Position numbers and translations under genes: made by a program
Shown here: piece by piece, positions 38,704 through 49,700 of the stretch
Layout: each line of letters begins with the position of its first letter
Numbering within the stretch: the stretch's first letter is position 1
Assembly (NCBI GenBank): GCA_963793305.1
Contig: CAWBZV010000010.1
Location: forward strand, 1-64,000
Reading direction: 5' to 3'
Length of the DNA stretch: 64,000 nucleotides
Source of the DNA: an uncultured Gemmatimonadales bacterium
Lineage (GTDB): Bacteria > Gemmatimonadota > Gemmatimonadetes > Gemmatimonadales > Gemmatimonadaceae
The notes under the pieces: model-generated
Database searches by the model: none
The model's input: the letters and a program-made list of their open reading frames with translations, nothing else
Told to the model about the DNA's origin: nothing

Positions 38704-39480
38704 CTACCTGAAATACGCCCGTGGCGTGATCCCCAAGACCTTCCTGAACATAGAAGTGAACGCGCTCGGCGTAGCATAACCGGACTCCAGAGCCGCATGC
38801 GTCACCTTGGCGCCCTCGGCCAAGAGCCGCATGCTCTGCATGAGTCGCAGTTGCTGCCGCCATTTCCCAAACGTCATACCGATCTCCTGCTGGAACAGTC
38901 TTTCGACCGACCGCTTTCCCGCCCCAGTCTCTTTGCACAGCTGAGCAAGGGTTCGAGGGTCGCGAGGATCACCCGTCAGTATGTCGGCGATTCGCTTGAG
39001 CCGTGGATCGGACAAATGCGGCAGTTGCAACGGGATCGCGTGCATCGCCTCCAGCTGATGCAGAATGACTGCGATCAGGTGCTCCTGCCATTTCATCGAT
39101 ATCTTCAACGTCCGCAGGGTACATGCATGGAGAATCAGCTCCTTCAGCAGGGCTGAGACATTGATCACACAACAATCGCGCGGCGGCCCTTTGGCGAGGC
39201 GCGGCTTGAGATAGAGCGTTCGCATCGCCACCACGCCCGACATCGTGATGGTGTGCGGAACCTTGGCCGGTATCCAGACGGCACGGTTCGGAGGAACCAC
39301 CCACGTTCCATTTCGCGTACTGACCGTCATGACCCCGCGCGAGGCAAAGACGAGCTGATCGCGATCGTGGAAGTGCAGCGGTACGACAGAGCCAGCCGAA
39401 TAGTCCCGGGTGTGGCTGGTGATCGCCGACGTACGGTCACCCGACCGATCGAAAATACCCGCTTGACGCTTTCGCGACAT
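38704..39480 (-). CDS. AraC family regulator with cupin domain
   Basis: HFHDRDQL and WVVPPNRAVWIP; C-terminal double HTH. Confidence 0.93.
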   Translation of the reverse strand: MSRKRQAGIFDRSGDRTSAITSHTRDYSAGSVVPLHFHDRDQLVFASRGVMTVSTRNGTWVVPPNRAVWIPAKVPHTITMSGVVAMRTLYLKPRLAKGPPRDCCVINVSALLKELILHACTLRTLKISMKWQEHLIAVILHQLEAMHAIPLQLPHLSDPRLKRIADILTGDPRDPRTLAQLCKETGAGKRSVERLFQQEIGMTFGKWRQQLRLMQSMRLLAEGAKVTHAALESGYATPSAFTSMFRKVLGITPRAYFR

Positions 39481-39535
39481 CTATTGTCACTTTATCGAAA
39501 GCGCGCACGGTGCGCAATGGGTAAGCTGGGGAAGC

Positions 39536-40117
39536 ATGAACCGCTTGCATCGCTGGCTCTGCCGTTCTGATCGCTGGCGCAGCACCGTTGCCCAGAGACT
39601 GCCCTGGGCGATCGGCGATACCGACCTGGGGCCGAATGTCTTGGAACTCGGCCCCGGCCCCGGCCTTACGACAGACCTGCTGCGAACCTCGGTGCCTCGG
39701 CTGACGGCGCTGGAGATCGACGCGACATTGGCCAGGTCACTGAGCGCGCGCCTGAAGGGAAGCAACGTTCGGGTCATCGAGGGCGATGCCACCGCGATGC
39801 CGTTCGGTGACTCGGAGTTCTCGGGCGCGGTGTCGTTCACCATGCTGCATCACGTTTCGTCCCAGGAACTGCAGGACCAGGTTCTCGCCGAAGTGTTCCG
39901 CGTGCTGCAACCCGGAGGGGTTCTCGTGGGCAGCGATAGTCTTCAGAGTTTGTCCATGAGGATCATCCATATCGGCGACACCCTCGTTCCCGTGCCTCCC
40001 GATACGTTCGGCGCACGATTGGAGCGTGCGGGTTTTCACGTGGTGGACGTGCAACGGAACGCGCACGCATTCCGATTCCGTGCTCAACGAGGAGTGACAT
40101 GCACAAACTCATCTTGA
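39536..40117 (+). CDS. class I SAM-dependent methyltransferase
   Basis: VLELGPGPG, GDATAMPF and RVLQPGG. Confidence 0.92.
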   Translation: MNRLHRWLCRSDRWRSTVAQRLPWAIGDTDLGPNVLELGPGPGLTTDLLRTSVPRLTALEIDATLARSLSARLKGSNVRVIEGDATAMPFGDSEFSGAVSFTMLHHVSSQELQDQVLAEVFRVLQPGGVLVGSDSLQSLSMRIIHIGDTLVPVPPDTFGARLERAGFHVVDVQRNAHAFRFRAQRGVTCTNSS

Positions 40118-40581
40118 TACTCACGAGCGCCATTCGCTTGGCCGCCCCGGGTCCCGATTCCTGCGCCACGAATTCAGCAAATCGGCAGCTGGACTATTGG
40201 CTCGGCACGTGGAAGATCGGTGCGTCCGGGGACGCACATAGCACCGTCACGCTCTCGCTCGACAAGTGCTTGGTCGTCGAGAACTGGGACGGCGGACGAG
40301 GCCATTACGGACAGAACGTCTTTGGTTACAGTGCCGACGACAAGAGATGGTACGGACTGTTCGCCGACAACGAGGGCCGGGTGCATGTATTCACCTCCGG
40401 CAAGGTTGCATCCGACACAGCCGCATTTGAAGGCGCGAGCCGCGGGCCCAACGGAGAGAGCGTATTGAACCGAGTGACAATCATTCGGCTGAACCCGAAC
40501 TCCGTCGAGCAGACGTGGGAAAAATCCACCGACAACGGCACCAGCTGGAATGTGGTGTTCCACGGGGAGTATTCGCGATGA
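40099..40581 (+). CDS. secreted hypothetical protein (DUF1579-like)
   Basis: Signal peptide; QLDYWLGTW...QTWEKSTDNGTSW. Confidence 0.65.
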   Translation: MHKLILILTSAIRLAAPGPDSCATNSANRQLDYWLGTWKIGASGDAHSTVTLSLDKCLVVENWDGGRGHYGQNVFGYSADDKRWYGLFADNEGRVHVFTSGKVASDTAAFEGASRGPNGESVLNRVTIIRLNPNSVEQTWEKSTDNGTSWNVVFHGEYSR

Positions 40582-41535
40582 ACATCAAAACCGCGCTATT
40601 TACTCTCGTCGCGGCACGTACCCTCGGTGCCCAACCTGCTCTGCTCGTCCTCGCCAATGAGGACAACACACTCAGTATCGTCAGCCCCGCGAGCCTGAAA
40701 GTCACCGCCACATTGCCGGTCGGTCCCGATCCGCACGAAGTGATTGCCTCGAGCGACGGAACGACCGCCTACATCTCGAACTACGGCGGCGGCGCGTACA
40801 ACACGCTCACGGTGGTTGACCTCGCGACGAAGAAAGTCTTGCCGGCCATCGATCTCGGCGCGCTGCGCGGCCCGCACGGGCTGGCGTTCGTCGGCGGCCG
40901 GGTGTGGTTTACGGCTGAAGCGGCGAAAGCGATCGGCAGCTACGATCCCGCAACACGGCGGGTCGACTGGGTGATGGGCACCGGGCAGAATCGTACCCAC
41001 ATGATCTACGTCTTCCCGGACCTCAACCAGATCGTCACCACGAATGTCAGCTCCGCCAGCGTCAGCATCATGGAAAAGATCGGCGGAGACTGGAACGAAA
41101 CCGTCGTTCCCGTCGGTCGCGAGTCGGAGGGACTCGACGTATCGCCCGATGGCAAGGAAACCTGGGTCGCCAACGCCGGCGACGGAACGGTCTCTATCAT
41201 TGACGTGGCGAGCAAGAAGGTCGTCGCCACGGTGGCCGCCAATGTCGTGGGAGCGAATCGGCTCAAGTTCACCCCAGACGGCAAGCTGGTGTTTGTTTCG
41301 AGCCTCAATAAACCCAATGTCCTCGTTCTCGACCGCGCCACCCGAAAAGAGGTGAAGCGTATCAAAGTGGGAGATGGCGCTGCCGGGATTCTGATGCAAC
41401 CCGACGGGGCGCGTGCCTACGTGGCCTGCTCACCGGACGGGTACGTCGCCGTCATCGACTTGCACTCGCTCGAACGTCGCGGGCCGCATCGACGTCGGGC
41501 GGGGACCCGACGGCCTCGCCTGGGTTGGCCGCTAA
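40578..41535 (+). CDS. YncE/YVTN beta-propeller protein (+1 frameshift at ~41475)
   Basis: YVTN-type repeats; removing one base gives ...VAGRIDVGRGPDGLAWVGR*. Confidence 0.85.
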
Positions 41536-41552
41536 ATACCAGCCAATATTTT

Positions 41553-41798
41553 TTACGGTGCCTCCTGACGTTCGACGACGATCGAGTAGTGGGCCGCCAA
41601 TGCGGCCAGCGCGCCGATCGCGACGCCCAACGGCAACAGCACGGCGCCGACGACACCGACGGTCAGCGGGATCTCCATGATGGTGTGCCCCGCCTCGCTC
41701 TTGATGATCACACGTCTGACGTTCCCCTCATGAATGAACGACTTCACTCGCGACAGGAGCTGGTCGCCGCTCACGTGGTGCTCCTCGGTTGTGGTCAT
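41553..41798 (-). CDS. DUF4342 family protein
   Basis: VK..IHEGNVRRVIIK...EIPLTVG. Confidence 0.85.
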   Translation of the reverse strand: MTTTEEHHVSGDQLLSRVKSFIHEGNVRRVIIKSEAGHTIMEIPLTVGVVGAVLLPLGVAIGALAALAAHYSIVVERQEAP

Positions 41799-41861
41799 TG
41801 GGTCTCCAAAGGTGTTCCCGCTGTGAGGGTTCCGGGCGGAGTGTCGGATTGGCGCGGCTCG

Positions 41862-42530
41862 TCATTCACAGCACGCGTCCTCGCAGGCAGCGCCGCGCAG
41901 TGCGCGGACGCCTTCCTGTGCGATAATGGGCACCATAACGAACGCCGCCACCGGATCGGCCCACCACCAACCCGCGGCGGCATTCAATAGGAGTCCAGCA
42001 AGGAGAATAGCGGACAGATACGCGCAGAGCGACGCCTGGGCCGCATCACTCACCAGCGCACCGCTCCGGAGCTGCGTCGCGACGCGTCGTTTGGCTCGCG
42101 CGAGCACGGGCATGGTGACCAGTGAGAACAGCGCCACCGCGATGCCGGCCAAACTGGAGTGGGGAGCTTCGCGTCGCATCAGCGCGTGCGCGGCGTCGGC
42201 CAGGACGTATGCGGCGAGGGCGATGAAGCTCGCACCGATGATCCGCGCGCTTTGCCGCTCTACCCGAGCGCGCGTGTGCGCACGGTCGGCGGTGAGACGC
42301 CAGAGCGCCGCGGCGCCCGATACGAGCTCAATGACACTGTCTGCGCCGTAGCCCAGCAGCGCCACGCTCCCGGCCGCCACGCCCGCCGCCAGCGCCACAC
42401 TGGCTTCCGTGCTCACCACCGCGAGCGTCGCGTAGCTCAAGCGCCGACCGCGGCGCACCAACCCGGCGCGGTCCAGCGGAGTCAGAACAATCGGCGTCGT
42501 CGCCTGGAGGCGCTGGCCGCTCGAGCTCAT
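41862..42530 (-). CDS. short cation-efflux (CDF-like) transporter
   Basis: GSVALLGYGADSVIE, LARAK and WWWADPVAA; Cys-rich tail ACEDACCE. Confidence 0.85.
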   Translation of the reverse strand: MSSSGQRLQATTPIVLTPLDRAGLVRRGRRLSYATLAVVSTEASVALAAGVAAGSVALLGYGADSVIELVSGAAALWRLTADRAHTRARVERQSARIIGASFIALAAYVLADAAHALMRREAPHSSLAGIAVALFSLVTMPVLARAKRRVATQLRSGALVSDAAQASLCAYLSAILLAGLLLNAAAGWWWADPVAAFVMVPIIAQEGVRALRGAACEDACCE

Positions 42531-42575
42531 CCCGCAATCTAGCCCCGCCGACGGTTCGGTGTTATAATTTCGTGC

Positions 42576-44585
42576 GTGCAAAATTTCTCATTAGCTCACG
42601 CTACGCACAAGTTTTCGTCTGGACTGCGAGCGCTCATTGCCACCGTCGCCGCCGCACACGGATCGATCGCGACGCCGGCGCTCGAGGGCCAAGCCGCTCC
42701 GCCTTTCTCCTGGAGTGGATGGAACGTCGGCGCCGAGGCGGGCTATAGCCACGGGAACGCGAGTGCTACCGTCACGCAGGCCGTTCCGATCAGTTCGAAC
42801 AACACGTTCGGCCGACTCGATGGCGGTCCGCACCTCGGGTACACAGCTGTGCGTTCCTCGCGGCTTCTCTTGGGCGCCGAAGCCGACATCGTATTCCCTG
42901 ATTTTTTCGAAGACGGCGCCGTCTCATCGCGGAGAACGGCGCAAGGGAGCCGGGTCACCGAGAACGTCGACTTTGTCTCAACCCTCCGCGGCCGCCTTGG
43001 CTACGCCTCGGATCGCTGGCTCGTGTACGGAACCGGGGGATTCGCTGGGTCGCAAGCGCGCTTCATTGAGAGTGCCGCCTCGACCAATGACCAGCACCAC
43101 ATCCTGCGCTTCCGACCGGGATGGTCGCTGGGTACTGGGGCTGAGCTCGCGCTCGCGCCGGGCTGGGCCGCGAGAGTTGAATATCGCTACGACCGGCTCG
43201 GTCGAGCCGGCGTCACCTTCCCGTCCGGTACCGGCGTCGAATCGAAGCTGGATGCGCACGACTTCCGACTGGGACTCAGTCGAACGTTGGCGTGGCCCGG
43301 CTCGCACCGGCACTCGGGAGTGTCCAATACTCCGGCGCCGGCTGAGCACGACCGATGGAATATCCACGCCCAAGACACGTTCGTCGAACAGGGGTATTTC
43401 CATTTCTCATCACCTTACGAGGGAACGAACAGTCTGACCGGCGCCAGTCAGGCGAAGAACACGGAGAGCGCGACCGCATTTCTTGGCGTGCGGTTATGGA
43501 AGGGCGGTGCATTGTATTTCAATCCGGAGATCGACCAGGGCTTCGGCCTCAATGACACCCATGGCGTATCTGCTTTCCCCAACGGAGAGGCGCAGAAAGC
43601 CAGCTTTCCCATGGCGCGCTTCGTCGTGGACCGGATCATCCTGCGTCAAACATTCGGCCTCGGTGGTGAACGGGAGTCGATCGCCGACGGCCCCAATCAG
43701 CTCGCCGAGCAACCCGACATCTCACGGATCACGCTCGTCGCCGGGAGGCTGGCCGTCACCGATTACTTCGATAACAACGCCTACGCGAACGACCCGCGAA
43801 CGAACTTTCTCAACTGGAATGTCTACGGGGCCGGTGCCTACGACTGGACAATGGACCAACTCAGTTGGACGTGGGGCGCTCTGGCGGAGCTGAACCAGAA
43901 ACAGTGGGCCTTCCGTGCCGGCTACTTCCTCCTGCCGACCGTATCCAGTGTCAACACGTTTGACATGCACATCCCCGACCGCGGGGAGTATGCGGCCGAA
44001 TTCGAGTGGCGATATGCACTGGTCTCGCAACCGGGCACGTTGCGCGTGTTCGGATGGGTGAACCATGGCATCATGGGCAGCTACGCCGACGCCCTCGCTC
44101 TCCCCGTGACGACGCCCAACTATCCCGACATCACGCTCACGCGCCAGGTGCGCACCAATCCCGGCGTCGTGCTGAACGCCGAGCAGGCCATCACCACTGA
44201 GCTCGGCCTCTTCTCACGCGCGAGTTGGAGTCCCGGACGGGATGAGATCCTCGGCGGGACGGACTGCAGCGAGAGCTGGTCGCTGGGAGGGGTCCTTCAG
44301 GGAAGGTGGTGGGGCCGGCCCCAGGACCACGTCGGCCTCGGCGGCGTCGTGGGCGGCCTGTCCCCCGTCGCCCGTGCCTACTTCGCGGCCGGCGGATTGG
44401 GAATCTTGATCGGCGACGGGCGACTCGACTACCGCGCGGAGAAAGCGCTCGAGGCCTATTACTCCTACGCGCCCTGGACGTGGGCGACGCTCAGTCTCGA
44501 CTATCAATTCATCGTCAATCCGGGATACAACGCGGCCCGCGGGCCGGTACCGATATACGCCATACGGGTCCACACCGCGTTTTGA
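42576..44585 (+). CDS. outer-membrane protein with an 8-stranded barrel fused to an OprB-type porin (MnoP-like)
   Basis: N-terminal WSGWNVG...LRGRLGYA..RWLVYGTGG domain; C-terminal FPNGEAQK, YANDPRTNFLNW and NPGYNAARGPV; terminal Phe. Confidence 0.85.
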   Translation: MQNFSLAHATHKFSSGLRALIATVAAAHGSIATPALEGQAAPPFSWSGWNVGAEAGYSHGNASATVTQAVPISSNNTFGRLDGGPHLGYTAVRSSRLLLGAEADIVFPDFFEDGAVSSRRTAQGSRVTENVDFVSTLRGRLGYASDRWLVYGTGGFAGSQARFIESAASTNDQHHILRFRPGWSLGTGAELALAPGWAARVEYRYDRLGRAGVTFPSGTGVESKLDAHDFRLGLSRTLAWPGSHRHSGVSNTPAPAEHDRWNIHAQDTFVEQGYFHFSSPYEGTNSLTGASQAKNTESATAFLGVRLWKGGALYFNPEIDQGFGLNDTHGVSAFPNGEAQKASFPMARFVVDRIILRQTFGLGGERESIADGPNQLAEQPDISRITLVAGRLAVTDYFDNNAYANDPRTNFLNWNVYGAGAYDWTMDQLSWTWGALAELNQKQWAFRAGYFLLPTVSSVNTFDMHIPDRGEYAAEFEWRYALVSQPGTLRVFGWVNHGIMGSYADALALPVTTPNYPDITLTRQVRTNPGVVLNAEQAITTELGLFSRASWSPGRDEILGGTDCSESWSLGGVLQGRWWGRPQDHVGLGGVVGGLSPVARAYFAAGGLGILIGDGRLDYRAEKALEAYYSYAPWTWATLSLDYQFIVNPGYNAARGPVPIYAIRVHTAF

Positions 44586-44617
44586 CATTGCAGCCGAGAG
44601 GCCACAGCTTGCAGCGA

Positions 44618-45376
44618 ATGGTTGCGCGCAAGAAGCGGGGTACCAGTTCTCCGCGTGAGCCGAAGGCGCCGGTCGCGACGGACGAGATCACACCGCCCGC
44701 GGAGGACTTCCTGAAGGCGGTCTACCAGATCGGGCGCGCTGGCAATGCCGTTGCGACAACCGAGTTGGCGCACCATCTCGGACTGGCGGCCGCATCGGTG
44801 ACCGGCATGGCGCGCCGTCTCGCCGACGCGGGTTTGGTGACGCATGAGCCCTACCACGGCGTCCGCCTCACATCGGCCGGTCGTCGCGCCGCTCTCCGCA
44901 CACTCCGGCGGCATCGCGTCATCGAGACGTACCTCGTGCGCGCGCTGGGCTACCCGTGGGACGAAGTCCATCCGGAGGCGGAACGCCTCGAGCATTCTGC
45001 GTCCGACACCTTGGTCGACCGCATGGCCGCGGCCATCGGTGAGCCCACGACTGATCCGCATGGGGCGCCGATCCCCACGCGCGACGGCGCCGTGGACGAC
45101 GCGCCGGCGCCGTCACTCGCTTCGGTCGAGGTGGGCACCACGGTCAGTGTGCTGCGCGTCAGCAATGAAGATCCGGTACTGCTCCGTCATCTGGCGGGAC
45201 TGGGCCTCGTGCCAGGCGCGTTGGTGACGGTGCGCGAGCGCGCGCCGTTTGCGGGACCAGTGGTGATCGATGTGGGTCGCGTCCGTGAGCAGATCGGTGT
45301 GCCGCTCGCCGAGCGCGTGCTCGTGGCGGTGTCGCATCATCGTCTGCCTTCGCGGACCCGTCGCGCGAATTCGTAA
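44618..45376 (+). CDS. DtxR/MntR family metal-dependent regulator with FeoA domain
   Basis: EDFLKAVY, RRHRVIE, HPEAERLEH and DPHGAPIP. Confidence 0.93.
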   Translation: MVARKKRGTSSPREPKAPVATDEITPPAEDFLKAVYQIGRAGNAVATTELAHHLGLAAASVTGMARRLADAGLVTHEPYHGVRLTSAGRRAALRTLRRHRVIETYLVRALGYPWDEVHPEAERLEHSASDTLVDRMAAAIGEPTTDPHGAPIPTRDGAVDDAPAPSLASVEVGTTVSVLRVSNEDPVLLRHLAGLGLVPGALVTVRERAPFAGPVVIDVGRVREQIGVPLAERVLVAVSHHRLPSRTRRANS

Positions 45377-45414
45377 TCGAAGCGGCGCGGCGGGCCAGAC
45401 GGCGAGTTGATACG

Positions 45415-45759
45415 TCAGTCGTGGGCCTGACGATCAGACGGCGGCAAACTCTGGGCGTGCGAGGCTTTTCCCGCCGTGTAGCGGCGCTCGAGGTCCTGGT
45501 TCTCGGACGCGTGCCGCTGGACCCGCTGATCCGACGATTCATCAGCGCGCGGGTTGGCGATCTCTTGCTGGTGCCGGTTGTCCATCGTGGTACGCTCGCT
45601 CGCGTATTGGCGATCGAGCGGTCCGGAATCCCACTGCACGACAGCGACTGTGGTACCTTGAGCGGGGCGCTCCTGCTCTCTTCCGTACGAGGCACACGCC
45701 GCGAACGTCGCGAGCGTGGTGAGGATAGTCAGCATCTGCACCGAGCGTTGGACGCGCAT
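45415..45759 (-). CDS. small hydrophilic lipoprotein
   Basis: GGGAGG ribosome-binding site; lipobox FAAC. Confidence 0.65.
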   Translation of the reverse strand: MRVQRSVQMLTILTTLATFAACASYGREQERPAQGTTVAVVQWDSGPLDRQYASERTTMDNRHQQEIANPRADESSDQRVQRHASENQDLERRYTAGKASHAQSLPPSDRQAHD

Positions 45760-45837
45760 AGACCCTCCCGGGCCAAGAGTGTGACGGCGCGCGGTACCGG
45801 GTGAACTCCATGGTGCGCGTGCTATCACTAGCTCACT

Positions 45838-45866
45838 ATTATATTGTACACAACTATATTTGTCAA
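45838..45866 (-). promoter_or_regulatory. consensus sigma70 promoter with operator-like box in the spacer
   Basis: TTGACA-aatatagttgtgtacaa(17)-TATAAT. Confidence 0.85.
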
Positions 45867-45908
45867 TGACCAATTGTGCGATATCTGTCTATGAGGCTAT
45901 GTCATGGT

Positions 45909-46358
45909 TCAGTCGGCAGTCGTCTGGTCCATGGGCCACACGACGGACGCGTTCTCGGGGAGTAGCACGTCCTCGAGCTCATGGATGACACCGTTCGAGG
46001 CGAGCAGATCGCTGCGCGCGAGACGCGCCCCGCCAACGTAGATCCGCCCGGAGCGCGCGGCCATCGACAGCGGCCGGCCGTTCAGCGCCCGCGACGTCGA
46101 GGTTCTGTACCTGACGATATCGGCCGCGAGGATCCGCCCCGACACGACGTGGCTGCGGAGCATGTCGGCCAAGTCCTCGGGGTCGGCGACCAGCGTCGCG
46201 AGTCGGTCCGCGGCGATGCGGGCGAACACCGCATCGCTCGGCGCGAAGAGCGTGAACGGCCCCGCGCCACGGAGCGTATCCATCAGCCCCGCGACCTTGA
46301 TCGCCTGGACGAGCGTCGTGAACCTCCCGTCGCTCGTCGCCGCACCCATGAGGTCCAT
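45909..46358 (-). CDS. fasciclin (FAS1) domain protein
   Basis: GPFTLFAPSD and ASNGVIHELEDVLLP. Confidence 0.9.
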   Translation of the reverse strand: MDLMGAATSDGRFTTLVQAIKVAGLMDTLRGAGPFTLFAPSDAVFARIAADRLATLVADPEDLADMLRSHVVSGRILAADIVRYRTSTSRALNGRPLSMAARSGRIYVGGARLARSDLLASNGVIHELEDVLLPENASVVWPMDQTTAD

Positions 46359-46470
46359 CGCGTGGGATCGCCTGAGCGGTGCGATCCGATAGTTCTCAGA
46401 GAACGCGCGGAGGAGCCGTCGGTCGGTCGTGTGTCCAACGCCTGACCACAGCATGGTGTCGGCCTGTGGC

Positions 46471-46635
46471 CTACGGCTGTCGGATGAGGATGATCACGGT
46501 CGCCGTCGCGAAAACGCTCACCACGAGCCACCACAGGACGAACCCCACCACTTCACTGCGACTGTGATGTACGTGCGGGCGGCGCCAGCCACCGCGGCGT
46601 ACGTCCTGAACGATCGTCGCTTCCTCTGGTGCCAT
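46471..46635 (-). CDS. small membrane protein
   Basis: One C-terminal TM helix; upstream sigma54-like site TGGCGCGTATTGTGC (46713..46727). Confidence 0.45.
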   Translation of the reverse strand: MAPEEATIVQDVRRGGWRRPHVHHSRSEVVGFVLWWLVVSVFATATVIILIRQP

Positions 46636-46746
46636 GACGTACTCTCTGTCTTGGGAGCCGCAGACTAAAGACAACGCGTGGCGCGCCTACCTGATATCGG
46701 ACTCCACAGAGTGCACAATACGCGCCACGCCCAAGGCGCAATGCCC

Positions 46747-49700
46747 CTACAACACGCGCCGCAACGTGAGCCTGAACCGCGACCCGGCTCCCGGCGTGCT
46801 GTCGACGGTCAGATCGCCGTTCATCGCGCGCGCCAAGGCACGGCTGATCGCGAGGCCCAGGCCGACGCCACCGGGCGGGGCGCTCGTGAGTCCGCGATCG
46901 ATCTGGACGAACGGCTCGAAGATGTGCTCGAGCTGCTCGGGCGCGATGCCCCGGCCCGTGTCCCACACCTCGATCCCTACCGCGTCGTCCGCCGTGAGGT
47001 AGTCGACGCCGATGCGCCCACCGGGTGCCGTGAACTGGAGGGCGTTCGACAGCAGGTTCAAGAGCACCTGCCGCACCTTCTCCGGATCGGCGCGCACCAT
47101 GACAGGAGAATCCGTGCGCTCGAACTGGAGCGACTGCGCCCGGAGCTGAGGCGTGATGAGCTCGTGCAGCTCGGCGACCAACGCCCCGATGGGGACGTCA
47201 GCCATGCGAATGTCCAGGTGGCCGGCCTCGACCTTGGCGAAGTTGAGGATGTCGTTGATGAGCGCGAGCAGGTATCGCGAGCTGCGCTTGATGCGGTCCA
47301 AGTCCCCGTGTTGCGCCTCGGTGATCGGGCCGCGCAGGCCGAGCTCGAGCAGTTCGGCGTAGCCGGTAATCGCATTGAGCGGCGTCCGCAGGTCGTGGCT
47401 CATGCTCGCCAGGAAGTGGCTCTTGGCCTTGTTCGCGGTCTCCGCCACCGTCCTCGCCTCATCGGCTATGACGCGACCCGCCTCGGCAATGTCGAGCAAC
47501 TGTCGCCGGGCTTCCGCCACTTCGTCCGCCCGCTCCCCGTACCGTTTACTGGCGTCAATGTCCCCGAACACCAGCACCACCCCATCGACACGGCGGTCGA
47601 TCGTCTGGTACGGACGGATCGTGAGCGCCCACCAGCGCCCGTCATCGTCCCGCACCTCCTGTTCGACCAGCACGAGCGTTTCGACCACACCCGTGATCTG
47701 CCGCTCCAGATCGGGGGCCACGACGCGCAACTTGATGTCGCCGAGCGGACGGCCGACGTCGGACGCGATCACGCGCATCACCCGGTCCGTGGCCGGCGTG
47801 AAGCGGCGGAGGCGAAGGTCGGCGCCGACGATCACGATCGGGATCGTCGTACTCGCCAGGACATTCGACAGATCGCCCGAGAGGGCCGCCAGCTCGCGAT
47901 TCCGATGTCGCAGCTCCTCGTTCAGCGTCGTCAGCTCTTCATTCGTGGATTGCACCTCTTCCTTGGTCGTCTCCAGCTCTTCGTTGGTGCTCTGCAACTC
48001 TTCGTTGCTCGACTGAATCTCTTCGCTGGCCGCGCGGAGCTCCTCCGTGGTCGCCTCGTGCTGTTGGACGACATCCTGCAGGTAGCGCTTCGTCGCCGCG
48101 AGCTCGTGTCGCAGCGCGTCGAGCTGTTTCGCGTCGACACTCGCGCGGCCGCGGCGCTGCGTCACCGGCGGGCGCTCGACGTTGGCGTCCGCCGCCGTCA
48201 GGGGCGGATCAGCGGCGACGGGGCGCGTGACCGAGAACGAGACGACGAAGAACGGCGCGGCCGCCGATGGAGGCCGGAACGGGAGCACATCGATCACGAC
48301 CGCCCGGACGACACCGCCGTCGACCAGCGTGCGACCCTCCGCGCGCACCGGCACCCCATCAGTTCGCGCCTGACGGATCGCCGTATGCAGCGGCATGACC
48401 AGCTCGGGCCGCGCCAGCTTGAGCAGCTCCAGGCTCGCCGTCCCCGGCCCGTGGGCAAGCAAGCCAGCCGTATCGCCGCGGAACTGCAGGATCTCCATAT
48501 AGTCGTTGATCACGACGCCGGGAGGCGTGAACCGGGCGAGCACGGCGCGATCCGCGGCGCCTCCAATCTCATCGGGCGACGGGGCGATCATCAGGCCTCG
48601 CGGAGGACTGCCGCGACGCCCCGTGCCCGCGAGCGCCACCGTCGGCGTCGTCGCGAGGTCAACGTCAAGTGGACGGGCCGTGGCCGCGCGCCGACGATAG
48701 ATCCCCTGTCGCTTGGCGAGCGGCTCGAAATGCTCCGAGTACGAGCCGGCCGACTCCGCGCTCCCCAGGACCAGGAGGCCGTGCGGCTCGAGCGCATAGT
48801 GGAAAACGGGGAACACCCGCCGCTGCAGCTCCGGCTCCATATAGATGAGCACATTCCGGCAACTGATCAGATCGAGGCGCGAGAAGGGCGGATCGCGGAC
48901 GACGTTCTGTCGGGAGAAGACGCACAGGTCGCGAACGGACTTCGCGATCCGGTACCCGTCCCTTTCCGCCACGAAAAAGCGTCGGAGTCGTTCCGGAGAG
49001 ACGTCGGCGGTGATACTCTCTGGATACAGGCCCCCCCGGGCCCCGGCGATCGAGGCCTCGCTCAAGTCCGTGCCAAAGATCTGGATCAGACGGTCGCCCG
49101 CCGCGTCGCCCAGGAACTCGAGTAACGCGATCGCGAGGGAATACGCCTCCTCACCGCCGGCGCACCCCGCCACCCAGATCCGCACGGGCGTACCAACGGC
49201 ATGCGCCTCCATCATCTCCGCAAATGCCGCCGTCTGCAATTTCGCGAAGACCTCCGGGTCCCGGAAGAAGCGTGTCACGCCAATGAGCAGATCTTCGTAG
49301 AGGACGTCGAGCTCGGCCGGATTGAGTCGGACATGGGCGAGATAGTCGCCGTGCGCATCGTGCCGGTGGGCCAGCATCCGTCGCAGGACGCGCCGGTGCA
49401 GTGTGCCGCGCCGATAGTGCTGGAAGTCGACGCCGGTGCGCCGGTGCAGGAGCGCGAGGATCGTGCGCAGCTCATCGCCATCGGTGTCGTTGGTCGGCGC
49501 CGCGTCCGACGGATGTCGCGCGAGGTGGGCCGCGAGGCGCGCCAGCTGCTCGGCGATTTCCTCAGGGGTGAGAATGAAATCCACCGCTCCCGTGTCGATC
49601 GCGCTCCGGGGCATGCTCGGCGACTGCGCGGACGCGCTCTCTTGCGCGATCGTGATGCCACCCGCCTCTTTGATCGCCTGGATCCCGATCGCGCCATCGG

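Noticed and set aside
46678..49125. 815-aa plus-strand ORF, and similar long ORFs at 1708..3354, 8182..9396, 34678..36045, 54828..56309 and 61830..63251
   Set aside because: These are antisense shadows of well-supported genes, expected in high-GC DNA; they have no motifs.
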